Of a DNA stretch of 64,000 nt, positions 63,541 through 64,000 are shown piece by piece. Location of the stretch: assembly GCA_034780895.1 (NCBI GenBank), contig JAUZTB010000057.1, positions 27,731,410-27,795,409 on the forward strand. The letters are read 5' to 3'. The position numbers and the translations under genes were made by a program. The notes beneath the pieces are model-generated. The model saw nothing but the letters and a program-made list of their open reading frames with translations, did no database searches and had not been told where the DNA came from. The stretch's first letter is position 1. Every line of letters begins with the position of its first letter. This stretch comes from Rhynchobatus australiae (taxonomy: Eukaryota).

Positions 63541-64000
63541 GACCATGTTGAGAGACCATGACCCCTAATTCTAAGATTGAGGAAATAACTAACATCCCAT
63601 CAGAATCTTGAGAACATTTCAGCGAGATCATATCACATTCTTTTACTCCAATCCATCCTAATCACTCAGCCAACAAGCTCTTAATTTTAGGAATCAAACC
63701 ACTGAATTTATTTTTCCCACATCTAATCAAAGCCATTTATACTTCCCACATGCAATCAGAACTTGCTTGCTGTATGCAACATAAAATAGGACCAAATGTG
63801 AATTATTCTGATTTCACCAAAACTTTTGGCACATCAAAAACATTGGAAAGGTGCAAGCAATAAATACATTGGGAAGTATGGGAAAACATCAAACGCAAGT
63901 TGCTCATATGTGTGAAAGTGACCTGATCAACACCCTTGTACCCAAACTAATCCATGATAGACCAGAAACGTGTACTTTTAACAACTTACTTGCTACTTCT

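Noticed and set aside
1-64000. CRISPR arrays, prokaryotic operons or defence systems, snoRNA/miRNA genes, endogenous viral ORFs
   Set aside because: The sequence is a spliced vertebrate locus. I saw no repeat-spacer arrays or unexplained long ORFs and recognised no convincing C/D, H/ACA or pre-miRNA structure by eye. An Infernal/Rfam scan would be needed to exclude small RNAs.

Overview
Vertebrate nuclear DNA. The repeat content (V-SINEs, Deu-domain SINEs, CR1 and Penelope relics) points to a cartilaginous fish, in a draft assembly with many N gaps. The + strand carries the 3' part of HECTD4 (giant HECT E3 ubiquitin ligase). I traced 24 coding exons from 154 to the stop at 40501 with consistent splice phases, one further exon is required inside the gap at 25633-26036, and the 3'UTR runs about 3.7 kb. 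The - strand carries the last six coding exons of TRAFD1 (FLN29), converging tail-to-tail with HECTD4 as in human. Introns are full of degraded CR1, RTE, Penelope and SINE copies, plus a full-boundary IR/DR Tc1 DNA transposon (60682-62107). I found no evidence of a new multi-gene system. The most interesting signals are: an exon that regenerates its upstream 5' splice site (recursive-splicing-like), a GC-AG intron, candidate alternative TRAFD1 C-terminal exons, and a Tc1 transposase fragment with twin-priming-like inverted geometry. Gene names come from recalled similarity to the human proteins, not from a database search. Repeat boundaries are approximate.
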